Position numbers and translations under genes: made by a program. This document shows, in pieces, positions 51,701-58,948 of a stretch of DNA of 64,000 nucleotides; the stretch's first letter is position 1; each line of letters begins with the position of its first letter. The stretch comes from Nitrospirota bacterium (GTDB taxonomy: Bacteria; Nitrospirota; UBA9217), in assembly GCA_963840455.1 (NCBI GenBank), contig CAWIYV010000013.1, positions 32,001-96,000 on the forward strand, given 5' to 3'. The notes below the pieces were generated by a model that was given only the letters and a program-made list of their open reading frames with translations, did not search any database and was not told where the DNA came from.

Positions 51701-51937
51701 AACGAGGGCATGCCGCTCATCCAGGCGCTGCTCGAGGCCGGGGCAATCCGGACGCGGCCCATCGTGCTCACGGCGGCCGCGGCCATCCTCGGCTCTGCCG
51801 TGATCGTCACCGACCCGGTATGGTCCGGTCTGGCGCTGGCGCTCATCTTCGGGATGCTGGCATCAACGGCCCTGACCCTGGTGGTGATACCGCTCTTCTA
51901 TTTTATGATCGAGAGGAAGCACTGGGAAACGGTCTGA
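48767..51937 (+). CDS. RND efflux permease (AcrB/AcrD/AcrF family)
   Basis: 1056 aa; REENPQI, GLLVDDAIVVVENI, GIVVRNSI, RTRPI. Confidence 0.93.
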   Translation: MKLNISGKITQYFINSQLTVLLMAATAMLGLFALVFTPREENPQIVVPAANVMVMMPGARAQEVEELVSKRLESKLWEIPGVEDVYSVSMNSLAVVTVKFFVGQDKERSMVKLYDKMMSNMDFAPPGASQPLVKPIDVDDVPIVAVTFSPAPGAAYDDAQLRLVADHVLDELRKVPGVGTTTVIGGRSRQVRVTLDPMRIAGYGLSPLQIAQAINVSNANLMSGELEQGDRKLSLETGGFFTTAADVKNAVVGVANGKPVYLGDVADITDGFEETSKLTRIAFGAGHEHKNGHGSVQALPAQAGERPAVTIALAKRQKLNAVKISDQILAKLEELKKSEVPPGIDLTVTRNDGKTANDAVNELVFHLAVSIIVVIILLYFALGWREAAIVALAIPLTLFITLAIGMLFGQTINRITLFALILSLGLLVDDAIVVVENIHRHYQLEQHSRLQGAILAVNEIGMPTILATVTVVLAFMPMAFVTGMMGSYMKPIPFNVPVAMVTSLFVAFIVTPWASYRLMKGEDHGGHSQPPEETKIYKAYKKVLGPLLESTGKRKVFMSIIIGVFLVTMTFPAVQWVKFRMLPKANKNTFLVSIDMPAGTALENTDRVARAVGDYLRRIPEVKDYESFVGTGSVIDFNGLLRGGAFREASHFADIRVNLTDKEERSRSSEKLVLAIRPDLDKLAKEQGANIKLVEDPPGPPVRATVVAEITGPDYNKQREIAGDIRALFAKTAEVVDIDDSVKEKQEKYQLVVDKEKAALSGISTEQIVQTMRMSVAGMAVSTLHKPEAKNPIAIFLRLPKGERAGLSDLDKVFVSGPQGNQVPLSSLVKVVPSEMDKAVYHKNLEPVTYVYGEMGDRSQVYAVIDMMKHLWKHPLPEGYKIKWDGEMKLTLDVFRDLGAAMGVALIAIYLLLVGRFRSFTIPVVIMAAIPLSMIGIMPGFALTGVYFSATSMIGVIALAGIVVRNSIVLLEFILDKKNEGMPLIQALLEAGAIRTRPIVLTAAAAILGSAVIVTDPVWSGLALALIFGMLASTALTLVVIPLFYFMIERKHWETV

Positions 51938-51940
51938 AAC

Positions 51941-52127
51941 TGACACGGTGACGGGAGGACGCGGAGACACGGAGACAGGACGATCTAAAAGCATTTTGAC
52001 ACGGAAAGATCGGATTGACGCCAGATAAGGGCGGATTAAATCTAATATGAGACCCTCACCAGAATGGCGACGATCTTTAAATGAAAAATCCGAGTTTATC
52101 CGGTTCTCATCAGATCTGATCCGTGGC
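51941..52127. repeat. 8-nt tract followed by 9/10-nt-periodic inverted repeat
   Basis: GACACGGT GACGGGAG GACGCGGA GACACGGA; then CGGATT..CAGATA..CGGATT / AATCCG..TATCCG..ATCAG..ATCCGTG. Confidence 0.6.
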
Positions 52128-52158
52128 GAAGGCTCTTTTGAGGATAAAGGAGGCAAAC

Positions 52159-52896
52159 ATGACGGATTCATGTGTTAGCGTTTCGTGCAAGGAATGGATC
52201 AGCACGGTAACGATCGATAATCAGCCGAACAACTATCTGGACAAGGACATTCTCGCTGATATGAACAGGACCGTCAGCGAGGTCCATGGATCGCAGGCGG
52301 ACCTCCGGGTGGTGCTGTTCACGGCAAAGGGCCGGAACTTCTCGGCCGGCATCGACTATGCTGCGCTGGCCACAATGACGAAGGAGGAGGCCGGGCATTT
52401 TGCCGAGATCGGGTACAGTCTGTTGAAGCACATCGAGGCCCTGCCGGTCCCGGTCATTGCTGCGGTGAAGGGCGAGACCACGGGGGCGGGCCTGGGTCTT
52501 GCCCTGGCCGCGGACATTCGCATCGCGTCGTCGGACTCGGTCTTCTCGTTCCCCGAAGCGCGGCTTGGAATGCCGCCTATCTTCGGTTCTTCCCAGCGTC
52601 TGTACAAGACCGTGGGAGTGGGCCGCGCCAAGGAGCTGCTGTTCACCGGCAGGACCGTGGACGCCGAAGAGGCGCTCAGGATCGGGCTGGTGAATGCCGT
52701 GGTCCCCGTGGATGCGCTCGATGCGGAAGCGGAACGGCTCGCCGTCCGGATCGCCGGCAACAGTCTGAGCTCGCTCAGGTCCATCAAGATGCTGATAAAC
52801 TACGGATTGAGCGAAGGATACGAAACGGGTCTGAAGGAAGAGGTGACAGCCTTCAGCGAGGCGTTCAATCCGGACACGAAACAGTGGGAACGATAA
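52159..52896 (+). CDS. enoyl-CoA hydratase/isomerase family protein
   Basis: FSAGID, PVIAAVKG, ADIRIA, PEARLG, A.ELLFTG. Confidence 0.88.
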   Translation: MTDSCVSVSCKEWISTVTIDNQPNNYLDKDILADMNRTVSEVHGSQADLRVVLFTAKGRNFSAGIDYAALATMTKEEAGHFAEIGYSLLKHIEALPVPVIAAVKGETTGAGLGLALAADIRIASSDSVFSFPEARLGMPPIFGSSQRLYKTVGVGRAKELLFTGRTVDAEEALRIGLVNAVVPVDALDAEAERLAVRIAGNSLSSLRSIKMLINYGLSEGYETGLKEEVTAFSEAFNPDTKQWER

Positions 52897-53011
52897 TAGG
52901 ATTGAACATTGAGGATTGGAAATTGAAAAGGGAAGAGCGAAAGCGCCAGCATAACAAAGGCTCAATTTTCAAGTTTCAATTTAACTTTTTCAATGCGATC
53001 GGAGGGAGCGT

Positions 53012-53236
53012 ATGTACATCGCAAACAGCAAGACGTGGTACCTGGAACGGCTGATCAGGCTCGCAGCAGGCATATTCGTGCTCGGGAGCGTGCTCCTGGG
53101 CCTGTTCGTGCACCCGGGATTCTTCTATTTCACGGGCCTCGTGGGCCTCATGCTCGTGATTTTTGCCTTGACAGGCTTCTGTCCCATGAGTATTATTCTC
53201 TACGCTTTCGGCGCGCGCGAGCGCTGCCGCTGTTGA
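53012..53236 (+). CDS. DUF2892 (YgaP-like) membrane protein
   Basis: ER.IRL.AG, two TM helices, TGFCP. Confidence 0.85.
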   Translation: MYIANSKTWYLERLIRLAAGIFVLGSVLLGLFVHPGFFYFTGLVGLMLVIFALTGFCPMSIILYAFGARERCRC

Positions 53237-53261
53237 TCGAAAGAAGGAAGGAGACAATACA

Positions 53262-53462
53262 ATGCCGTTCTATGAATACCTGTGCGACGCCTGCGGCAAG
53301 GAGTTCGTCCTGCTGCAGTCCATGACGACGAAGGAAGCGGACACCGTCTGCCCCTATTGCAGCGAGAAGAGGTCCAAGAAGCTCATGTCCAAGTTCTCAT
53401 CGCTCGGCACCGGCGACCACTCGGTCTGCGGTCTCGGCTCCGGCGGTTTTGGAGGCGGCTGA
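53262..53462 (+). CDS. FmdB family zinc-ribbon protein (may extend to 53471 via Sec)
   Basis: MPFYEYLCDACG...CPYC...K.MS. Confidence 0.88.
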   Translation: MPFYEYLCDACGKEFVLLQSMTTKEADTVCPYCSEKRSKKLMSKFSSLGTGDHSVCGLGSGGFGGG

Positions 53463-53504
53463 GGCTCCTGATCGGTCCGCCGTGTGCGGACAATGACCAT
53501 TACA

Positions 53505-53540
53505 GCCCGGGTGCCGAAAGGTCCCCGGGCTTTCTTTTTT
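53505..53540 (+). terminator. intrinsic terminator
   Basis: GCCCGGG...CCCGGGC-TTTCTTTTTT. Confidence 0.75.
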
Positions 53541-53599
53541 CCCCTGTCTGTGCTACCCTCGCCGTACCGTAGGATCAACCCCTTGCTAGACCTTTGACC

Positions 53600-53887
53600 A
53601 TGGCCGAACATCCGCTGACCAAGACCACCCCTGTCATAGACCGCGAGAAGATCATCATGCCGCGGTACAAGGTCCTGCTGCATAATGACGACGTGAACAC
53701 CATGGAGCATGTTCTGAAAGCGCTCCGGAAGGTTTTCAATTTTGAAGAGCAGGAGTGTATGCGCATCATGATCGAAGCGCACAACAACGGCCTGGCGCTC
53801 TGCACGGTAGAGCCCCTGGAGCAGGCTGAGCATCACCGGGACCAGCTTCTGTCGTTCTCGCTGGTGGCGTCCATAGAGCCGGAATGA
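53600..53887 (+). CDS. clpS: ATP-dependent Clp protease adaptor ClpS
   Basis: YKVLLHNDDVN, EAHNNG. Confidence 0.9.
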   Translation: MAEHPLTKTTPVIDREKIIMPRYKVLLHNDDVNTMEHVLKALRKVFNFEEQECMRIMIEAHNNGLALCTVEPLEQAEHHRDQLLSFSLVASIEPE

Positions 53888-53940
53888 AATTCTGACAAGG
53901 GGACACGGTGACACGGGGACGCGGGGACACAAACAAAAAG

Positions 53941-53987
53941 GTAGCCGCAGGACTTCGGCGAGCTCAATCGAGTCGCTTTAGCCTGCG
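53941..53987 (+). repeat. GTAG-type REP-like hairpin with a 24-nt insert
   Basis: GTAG-CCGCAGG[ACTTCGGCGAGCTCAATCGAGTCG]CTTTAGCCTGCG. Confidence 0.5.
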
Positions 53988-54011
53988 TTGAGACGGCAGA
54001 ACAACCAAACC

Positions 54012-55193
54012 ATGCAAAAAAGCAAAATATTGATCACCTGCGCCAAGGGCATCCCAACCTTCCTGAAGAACGAACTCCTCGCTCTCGGTTTTCCCGTCCT
54101 GTCCGAGGCCGTTGCCGGCGTCGAGACCCAAGGGACCCTTGACGACACGCAAAAACTGAACCTGTTCCTCCGAACTGCGCACCGCGTGCTCTTTGTCCTG
54201 AAGGAGTTCGAGGCGAATGACGCCGATGCCCTCTACCGGGAGCTGTCGCGCATTGCCTGGGAGGAGCTCATCCCGGCTGACGGGTACGTGTGCGTGACCT
54301 CGAGCGTCGAGACGCCGGCGATCCGGGACACGCGCTTCGCCAGCCTCAGGTGCAAGGACGCCATCGTTGACCGGATCAAGGACAAACGCGGGACAAGGCC
54401 CGATTCCGGCCCCGAACGCGGCCGGAGCGTGGTGCATCTGTACTGGAAGGACAGCCGCTGCACCGTGTACCTCGACACATCGGGGGAATCGCTTTCCCGC
54501 CGCGGCTACCGGAAGATCCCGCTTGCGGCGCCGATGCAGGAGACGCTGGCTGCTGCTGTCGTGCTGGCAACAGGCTGGCAGGGCAAGGGGAGCTTCGTCA
54601 ATCCCATGTGCGGCAGCGGGACCCTGGCCATCGAGGCGGCGCTCATCGCGTTGGACCGCGCGCCGGGATCGCACCGCGGCAATTTCGGATTCATGCATGT
54701 CCCGGGATACAACGAGGTCTTGTGGCAGGAACTTCGCGAAGACGCCCGGAAACGATCGAAGAAGGAGCTCTCCGGCAGGATCATCGCGACGGATATCGAT
54801 CCTAATGCGGTCGAGGCTGCGAAGAAGAACGCTGTTACGGCAGGCGTGGGCCATCTGATCGAGTTCGGCGTCTGCGATTTCGCGGAAACGCAGGTGCCTG
54901 AGGGCGGTGGCGTGATGATCATGAACCCGGAGTACGGCGAGCGGATGGGCGAGGCCGCACAGCTTGAAGCGGTCTATAAAGGCATCGGTGATTTTCTGAA
55001 ACAGAAGTGCGGGGGATATACGGGCTATGTGTTCACCGGCAGTCCAGCCCTGGCAAAGAGGGTGAGCCTCAAGCCGAAGCGCAGCATCCCGTTCTGGAAC
55101 AGCGGGATCGAATGCCGGCTTCTTGAATACGAGCTGTATGAAGGAAGCAGAAAGAAACAGACGCGGGGACGCGGGGACGCGGAGACGCGGTGA
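54012..55193 (+). CDS. THUMP-domain RNA methyltransferase (RlmL-like)
   Basis: NLFLRTA.RV, DTSG.SLSRRGYR, AP..ETLAA, PMCGSGT, NPEYG. Confidence 0.88.
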   Translation: MQKSKILITCAKGIPTFLKNELLALGFPVLSEAVAGVETQGTLDDTQKLNLFLRTAHRVLFVLKEFEANDADALYRELSRIAWEELIPADGYVCVTSSVETPAIRDTRFASLRCKDAIVDRIKDKRGTRPDSGPERGRSVVHLYWKDSRCTVYLDTSGESLSRRGYRKIPLAAPMQETLAAAVVLATGWQGKGSFVNPMCGSGTLAIEAALIALDRAPGSHRGNFGFMHVPGYNEVLWQELREDARKRSKKELSGRIIATDIDPNAVEAAKKNAVTAGVGHLIEFGVCDFAETQVPEGGGVMIMNPEYGERMGEAAQLEAVYKGIGDFLKQKCGGYTGYVFTGSPALAKRVSLKPKRSIPFWNSGIECRLLEYELYEGSRKKQTRGRGDAETR

Positions 55194-55648
55194 TGGAGGC
55201 AGCAGCATGGCAAATATCAGGAGTCATCGAGAGCTCAAAGTCTGGCAGGAATCGATGGATGCGGCAATGGAGATCTATAAGCTTACGAAGTCATTTCCGG
55301 CAGATGAAAAATATTCTCTCGTGGATCAGATTCGTCGCTCCTCACGATCGGTGGCAGCCAATATCGCCGAAGCGTGGAGAAAAAGAAGGTACGAGGCCGC
55401 TTTTAAAAGCAAGTTAAGTGACTCTGAATCGGAAGCATGTGAAACCCAAACATGGATCGAGATAGCGCTGCGATGTGCTTATCTGGAAAAATCGATGGCT
55501 GATAGGCTGGACAAGAGATATGAGAACATTATGGCGAAGCTCGTTATAATGATTCGCGATGCAAACAAGTGGACGATTCGGGACACATCGATTGAATGAT
55601 CGTTCAGACACTTATCTCCGTGTCACCGCGTCCCCCCGTCTCCGTGTC
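55160..55648 (+). mobile_element. four-helix-bundle cassette bounded by 8-nt-periodic inverted arms
   Basis: (GACGCGGN)x4 at 55160-55191 and complementary (NCCGYGTC)x4 at 55617-55648 enclose one gene. Confidence 0.6.
55207..55599 (+). CDS. four helix bundle protein (23S rRNA intervening-sequence protein family)
   Basis: LKVWQ, IY.LTKSFP.DEKYSL.DQIRRSSRSV.ANIAE. Confidence 0.92.
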   Translation: MANIRSHRELKVWQESMDAAMEIYKLTKSFPADEKYSLVDQIRRSSRSVAANIAEAWRKRRYEAAFKSKLSDSESEACETQTWIEIALRCAYLEKSMADRLDKRYENIMAKLVIMIRDANKWTIRDTSIE

Positions 55649-55656
55649 GGAAGTTC

Positions 55657-56565
55657 TCACGGCGGACATTTGGCGCACACGGACGTGAAGAGGGCCGTGC
55701 TCAGGTACCGGTCGCCGCGGTCGGGCAGGATGACGACGATGGTACCGGAACCGATCCGCTTCGCCATCTCGAGGGCGCCCCACACCGCGGCGCCGCTGCT
55801 CATGCCCACGAAGAGGCCTTCCCTGATCGCGAGCTGGCGCGTGGTGGTGAAGGCGTCGTCGTCGCTTACGCGGACCTTCCCGTCGGGGAAGGTCGCGTCA
55901 TAGTTCTTCGGGACAATGGACTCCTGCATGTTCTTGAGCCCCTGGATCTTGTGGCCCAGGTTGGGCTCCACGCCGACGACGCGGACCTTGGGATCGAATT
56001 CCTTGAGCCGCCTGCCGGCGCCCATGAGGGTACCGGTGGTGCCCATGCCCGCGACAAAGATGTCGATCCTGCCGTTGGTCTGTTCAATGATCTCTCTGCC
56101 CGTGGTCTCGTAGTGGGCCCGGACATTGGCCGGATTGTCGAACTGGTTCGGCATGAAGTACTTGGTGCCTGCTTCGTCCATCATGCGGCGGGCCAGCTTG
56201 ATGGCGCCGTCGGTGCCCTCGCAGCCGGGAGAGAGGATAAGCTCGGCGCCGAAGGCCTCGAGGACCTTACGGCGCTCCAGGCTGACGCACTCGGGCATGA
56301 CGAGGACCACCTTGTAGCCCAGGGCCGCTCCCACCATGGCGAGCCCGATGCCCGTGTTCCCGGACGTGGCCTCGAGGATGGTGTCGCCCTGGCTGATGCG
56401 TTTGTTCTGCTCGGCGTCCCTGACCATGGCAAGGGCGATGCGGTCCTTCACGGAGCCGCCGGGGTTGTTCCCCTCGAGCTTTGCCAGGACCGTCACCTTC
56501 GGGTTTGGAGAAAGCGATTCCAGCTTCACGAGGGGTGTATTGCCGATGCTGTCGAGAACTCCCAT
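55657..56565 (-). CDS. cysM: cysteine synthase (CysM-like)
   Basis: [42 protein letters not shown]. Confidence 0.85.
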   Translation of the reverse strand: MGVLDSIGNTPLVKLESLSPNPKVTVLAKLEGNNPGGSVKDRIALAMVRDAEQNKRISQGDTILEATSGNTGIGLAMVGAALGYKVVLVMPECVSLERRKVLEAFGAELILSPGCEGTDGAIKLARRMMDEAGTKYFMPNQFDNPANVRAHYETTGREIIEQTNGRIDIFVAGMGTTGTLMGAGRRLKEFDPKVRVVGVEPNLGHKIQGLKNMQESIVPKNYDATFPDGKVRVSDDDAFTTTRQLAIREGLFVGMSSGAAVWGALEMAKRIGSGTIVVILPDRGDRYLSTALFTSVCAKCPP

Positions 56566-56670
56566 GGACGATGCCTTTCCTCTGCAGAGCGTTTCCGGGA
56601 GTATATAGCAGATTTTGCGGAAATTGAACAGGAAAAATCGAGCATGATCGATACGTGTACACCTGGTACC

Positions 56671-56949
56671 ATGACCTGCCGCGCCGGTTGCGGGGCGTGC
56701 TGCATCGCACCATCGATCTCCAGTCCTGTTCCCGGGATGCCGCAGGGAAAACCGGCTGGTGCGCGCTGCGCTCAGCTCCTGCCAGACCTCACCTGTGCCA
56801 TCCATGGCAGCCCTGAGCGGCCGTCGGTGTGCGCGTCCTTTCCGGCCATGGCTGAACACTGCGGCACGAACAGGGACGAGGCCCTGCGCCGGCTTGAAGA
56901 GCTCGAACAGCTGACCAAGGCCGGTCCGGGCCGTGAAGGACGCCTATGA
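56671..56949 (+). CDS. YkgJ family cysteine cluster protein
   Basis: [18 protein letters not shown]...C.IH..RP.VC. Confidence 0.85.
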   Translation: MTCRAGCGACCIAPSISSPVPGMPQGKPAGARCAQLLPDLTCAIHGSPERPSVCASFPAMAEHCGTNRDEALRRLEELEQLTKAGPGREGRL

Positions 56950-57659
56950 GCATCTGGCGTTTCATCGACAGCGGCCCCGCCTCGGGCGCTGAGAACATGG
57001 CCGTGGACGAAGGGCTTCTCCGGGAAGCGGTCAGCCCCGGCGCTCTTCCCGTGCTCAGGTTCTATACCTGGTCCCCGCCCGCGGTTTCGCTCGGCAGGTT
57101 CCAGGACAAGGAACGGGCCGTGAATGCCGAGGCCTGCCAGCAGCGCGGTTTCGATATCGTGCGGCGCATCACCGGCGGCAGGGCCGTGCTCCACTGCGAC
57201 GAGCTCACCTACAGCGTCATAGCACGCAGCGACAGCGCCCTTTTCCCGAACGACATCCTCGGCACGTACAAGGTGATCGCAACCGGCCTTCTCGCGGGCC
57301 TGCACGAGCTTGGTATCGTTGCTGAGATGGTGTCGCGCTCCGGACGGCACGCGGGGATGGTGAAGAGCAGCCCCCAGGAGCCTGCCTGCTTTTCCTCTCC
57401 CTCATGGTACGAGCTCCTGGTAAAGGGCAGGAAGATCATCGGTAGCGCCCAGCGGCGCGTGGGCGGCGCTTTCCTCCAGCACGGTTCCATCCTCATCGGG
57501 TATGATCCTGCGCTCGAGGCCGAGGTCATCCCCGGAGGCGGCATGAGGGACGTCGTGACCTGCATCAGGGCGGAACTGGGCAGGGAGATAGGGCCTGGCG
57601 AAGTGAAACGGGCATTCCGCGAAGGGTTCGCCCGGGCCCTGGATGTGCAATTTCAGTAA
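56946..57659 (+). CDS. lipoate-protein ligase A/LipM family protein
   Basis: NMAVDE, LRFYTW, RRITGGRAVLH, KIIGSAQ, QHGS. Confidence 0.9.
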   Translation: MSIWRFIDSGPASGAENMAVDEGLLREAVSPGALPVLRFYTWSPPAVSLGRFQDKERAVNAEACQQRGFDIVRRITGGRAVLHCDELTYSVIARSDSALFPNDILGTYKVIATGLLAGLHELGIVAEMVSRSGRHAGMVKSSPQEPACFSSPSWYELLVKGRKIIGSAQRRVGGAFLQHGSILIGYDPALEAEVIPGGGMRDVVTCIRAELGREIGPGEVKRAFREGFARALDVQFQ

Positions 57660-57771
57660 ATAATTATTGCCAGCGGGAGATCGTTGACCATCCGGGCCAT
57701 CTCTCCTCGGCAGCCAGATCAAGAGTAAGGGCTGTGCTGATAATGGTGTATTCATCGACCTATACATTGAA

Positions 57772-57884
57772 CCCAGGAGCGAGCGCATTCCCCGTAGCAT
57801 GCAACGGGGTTCGCGAGCGATGAGAATAAACAATACTACCTTGAGGATCGAAGATTCCCTGCAGCTTTCTGCAGGGAGCTTCAA
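57772..57884 (+). mobile_element. non-autonomous IS200/IS605-type miniature element, copy 6
   Basis: TTGAA|CCCAGG..CATT-hairpin...GATT-hairpin..TTCAA. Confidence 0.8.
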
Positions 57885-57919
57885 CACCAGGATCGTCGAT
57901 CAAAGAGAATGGTGCAAAC

Positions 57920-58225
57920 ATGTCCGCTAAGGAAGAAATGTGCGGGAGAATATTGCTTTTGGCCGTTCTCGGGTTCCTGTTTGGATCGGTTTGGTGGAGC
58001 TACGATATTGCGATGTCGTTGAGGCATGGTTCTTGGATTGCCATGCATTTTGGCGATCTGCTGTTAAAAATAGGACTCAAACATTTTGTCAGGTGGGTTT
58101 ACCATCCAAACGACTGGATAGGGTTGAGTCGCGTGCTCAAATATATTCTCGATATGTCTGCCTGTTTCGTGCTTATGGCAATATCAGCCATTGTATTTTT
58201 TATCGGAGTAGTAGTTGATGATTAA
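57920..58225 (+). CDS. AT-rich hypothetical membrane protein
   Basis: 101 aa, two hydrophobic segments, atypical codon usage. Confidence 0.55.
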   Translation: MSAKEEMCGRILLLAVLGFLFGSVWWSYDIAMSLRHGSWIAMHFGDLLLKIGLKHFVRWVYHPNDWIGLSRVLKYILDMSACFVLMAISAIVFFIGVVVDD

Positions 58226-58242
58226 GAGGGAGAAGCTATGAA

Positions 58243-58353
58243 TCCAGGAGCGAGCGCCTTCCCCGTAGCTTGCTGCGGGTAAGCGAGCGATGAGAATAAA
58301 TAGTACTACCTTGAGGATCGAAGATTCCCTGCGGCTTGCTGCAGGGGCTTCAA
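58243..58353 (+). mobile_element. non-autonomous IS200/IS605-type miniature element, copy 7
   Basis: ATGAA|TCCAGG...GATT-hairpin..TTCAA. Confidence 0.8.
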
Positions 58354-58597
58354 TACTGCGATAATGACTTTGCTTCGCGGAATAGATGTGGGATAGACCT
58401 GAGAAGAGGTGATGCATGGCCATAGCATATCCAGATAAGTTGAAACGGTCAAAACGCCCGCCGACTAATCCTGGCTTCTCTTGGATTACAGAAGATGGGA
58501 TGCAACCCTTCACCTTATGCAAATGCAACAACGTGAAAAGTTGCGAATTTTGGAAATTGACGACTCCTCGTTTCTCTGATTAACTATAAATAATCCA

Positions 58598-58712
58598 CGA
58601 GAAAGCCAAACCTGTCGCGAGACGAGGGCGGAAAGCGGCGGATCTTATAGGTCTGAGATGGCCGAGCTACCGAAGGATGATATTCCCGGTAAAGTCGGCT
58701 ATTTTTGTTTTT
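58598..58712 (+). ncRNA. c-di-GMP-I (GEMM-I) riboswitch with weakened terminator
   Basis: AAAGCCAAACCTGTC-GCGA-GACGAGGGCGGAAAG...GCTACCGA; ..GTCGGC-TATTTTT. Confidence 0.82.
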
Positions 58713-58721
58713 GACGATAGA

Positions 58722-58948
58722 GCCGGATCTATCATGAAGGAATCGTCACTGGGCACGGTCGGCAATTTTCTTGCCGGCATTCTGGGCGGCGGCATTGGTG
58801 GCCAATTGCTTCGGCTTCTGGGGCTTGCCCAGGCATCGGGAGGCGGCATGGATATTGGCAGTATCATAAGCAGTATTGCAGGCGGTGGAGTCGGTGCGGC
58901 GTTCTCATGGCGATCATCGGTGTGGTCAAGAAGGCCATGGCCAAATAA
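58722..58948 (+). pseudogene. glycine-zipper small membrane protein, 5'-truncated and frameshifted
   Basis: AGSIMKESSLGTVGNFLAGILGGGIGGQ..GGGVG; alternate frame continues GVLMAIIGVVKKAMAK*. Confidence 0.65.

Noticed and set aside
53225-53260. Selenocysteine read-through at the DUF2892 TGA after CRC
   Set aside because: No hairpin downstream; the next gene's RBS follows directly
55207-55599. Diversity-generating retroelement via an Avd-like protein, with DUF1566 as target
   Set aside because: No reverse transcriptase and no TR/VR pair differing at adenines was seen
42805-58712. cGAMP-specific riboswitch assignment
   Set aside because: The discriminator position is G (G-C-Y-AA), not A, in all three copies
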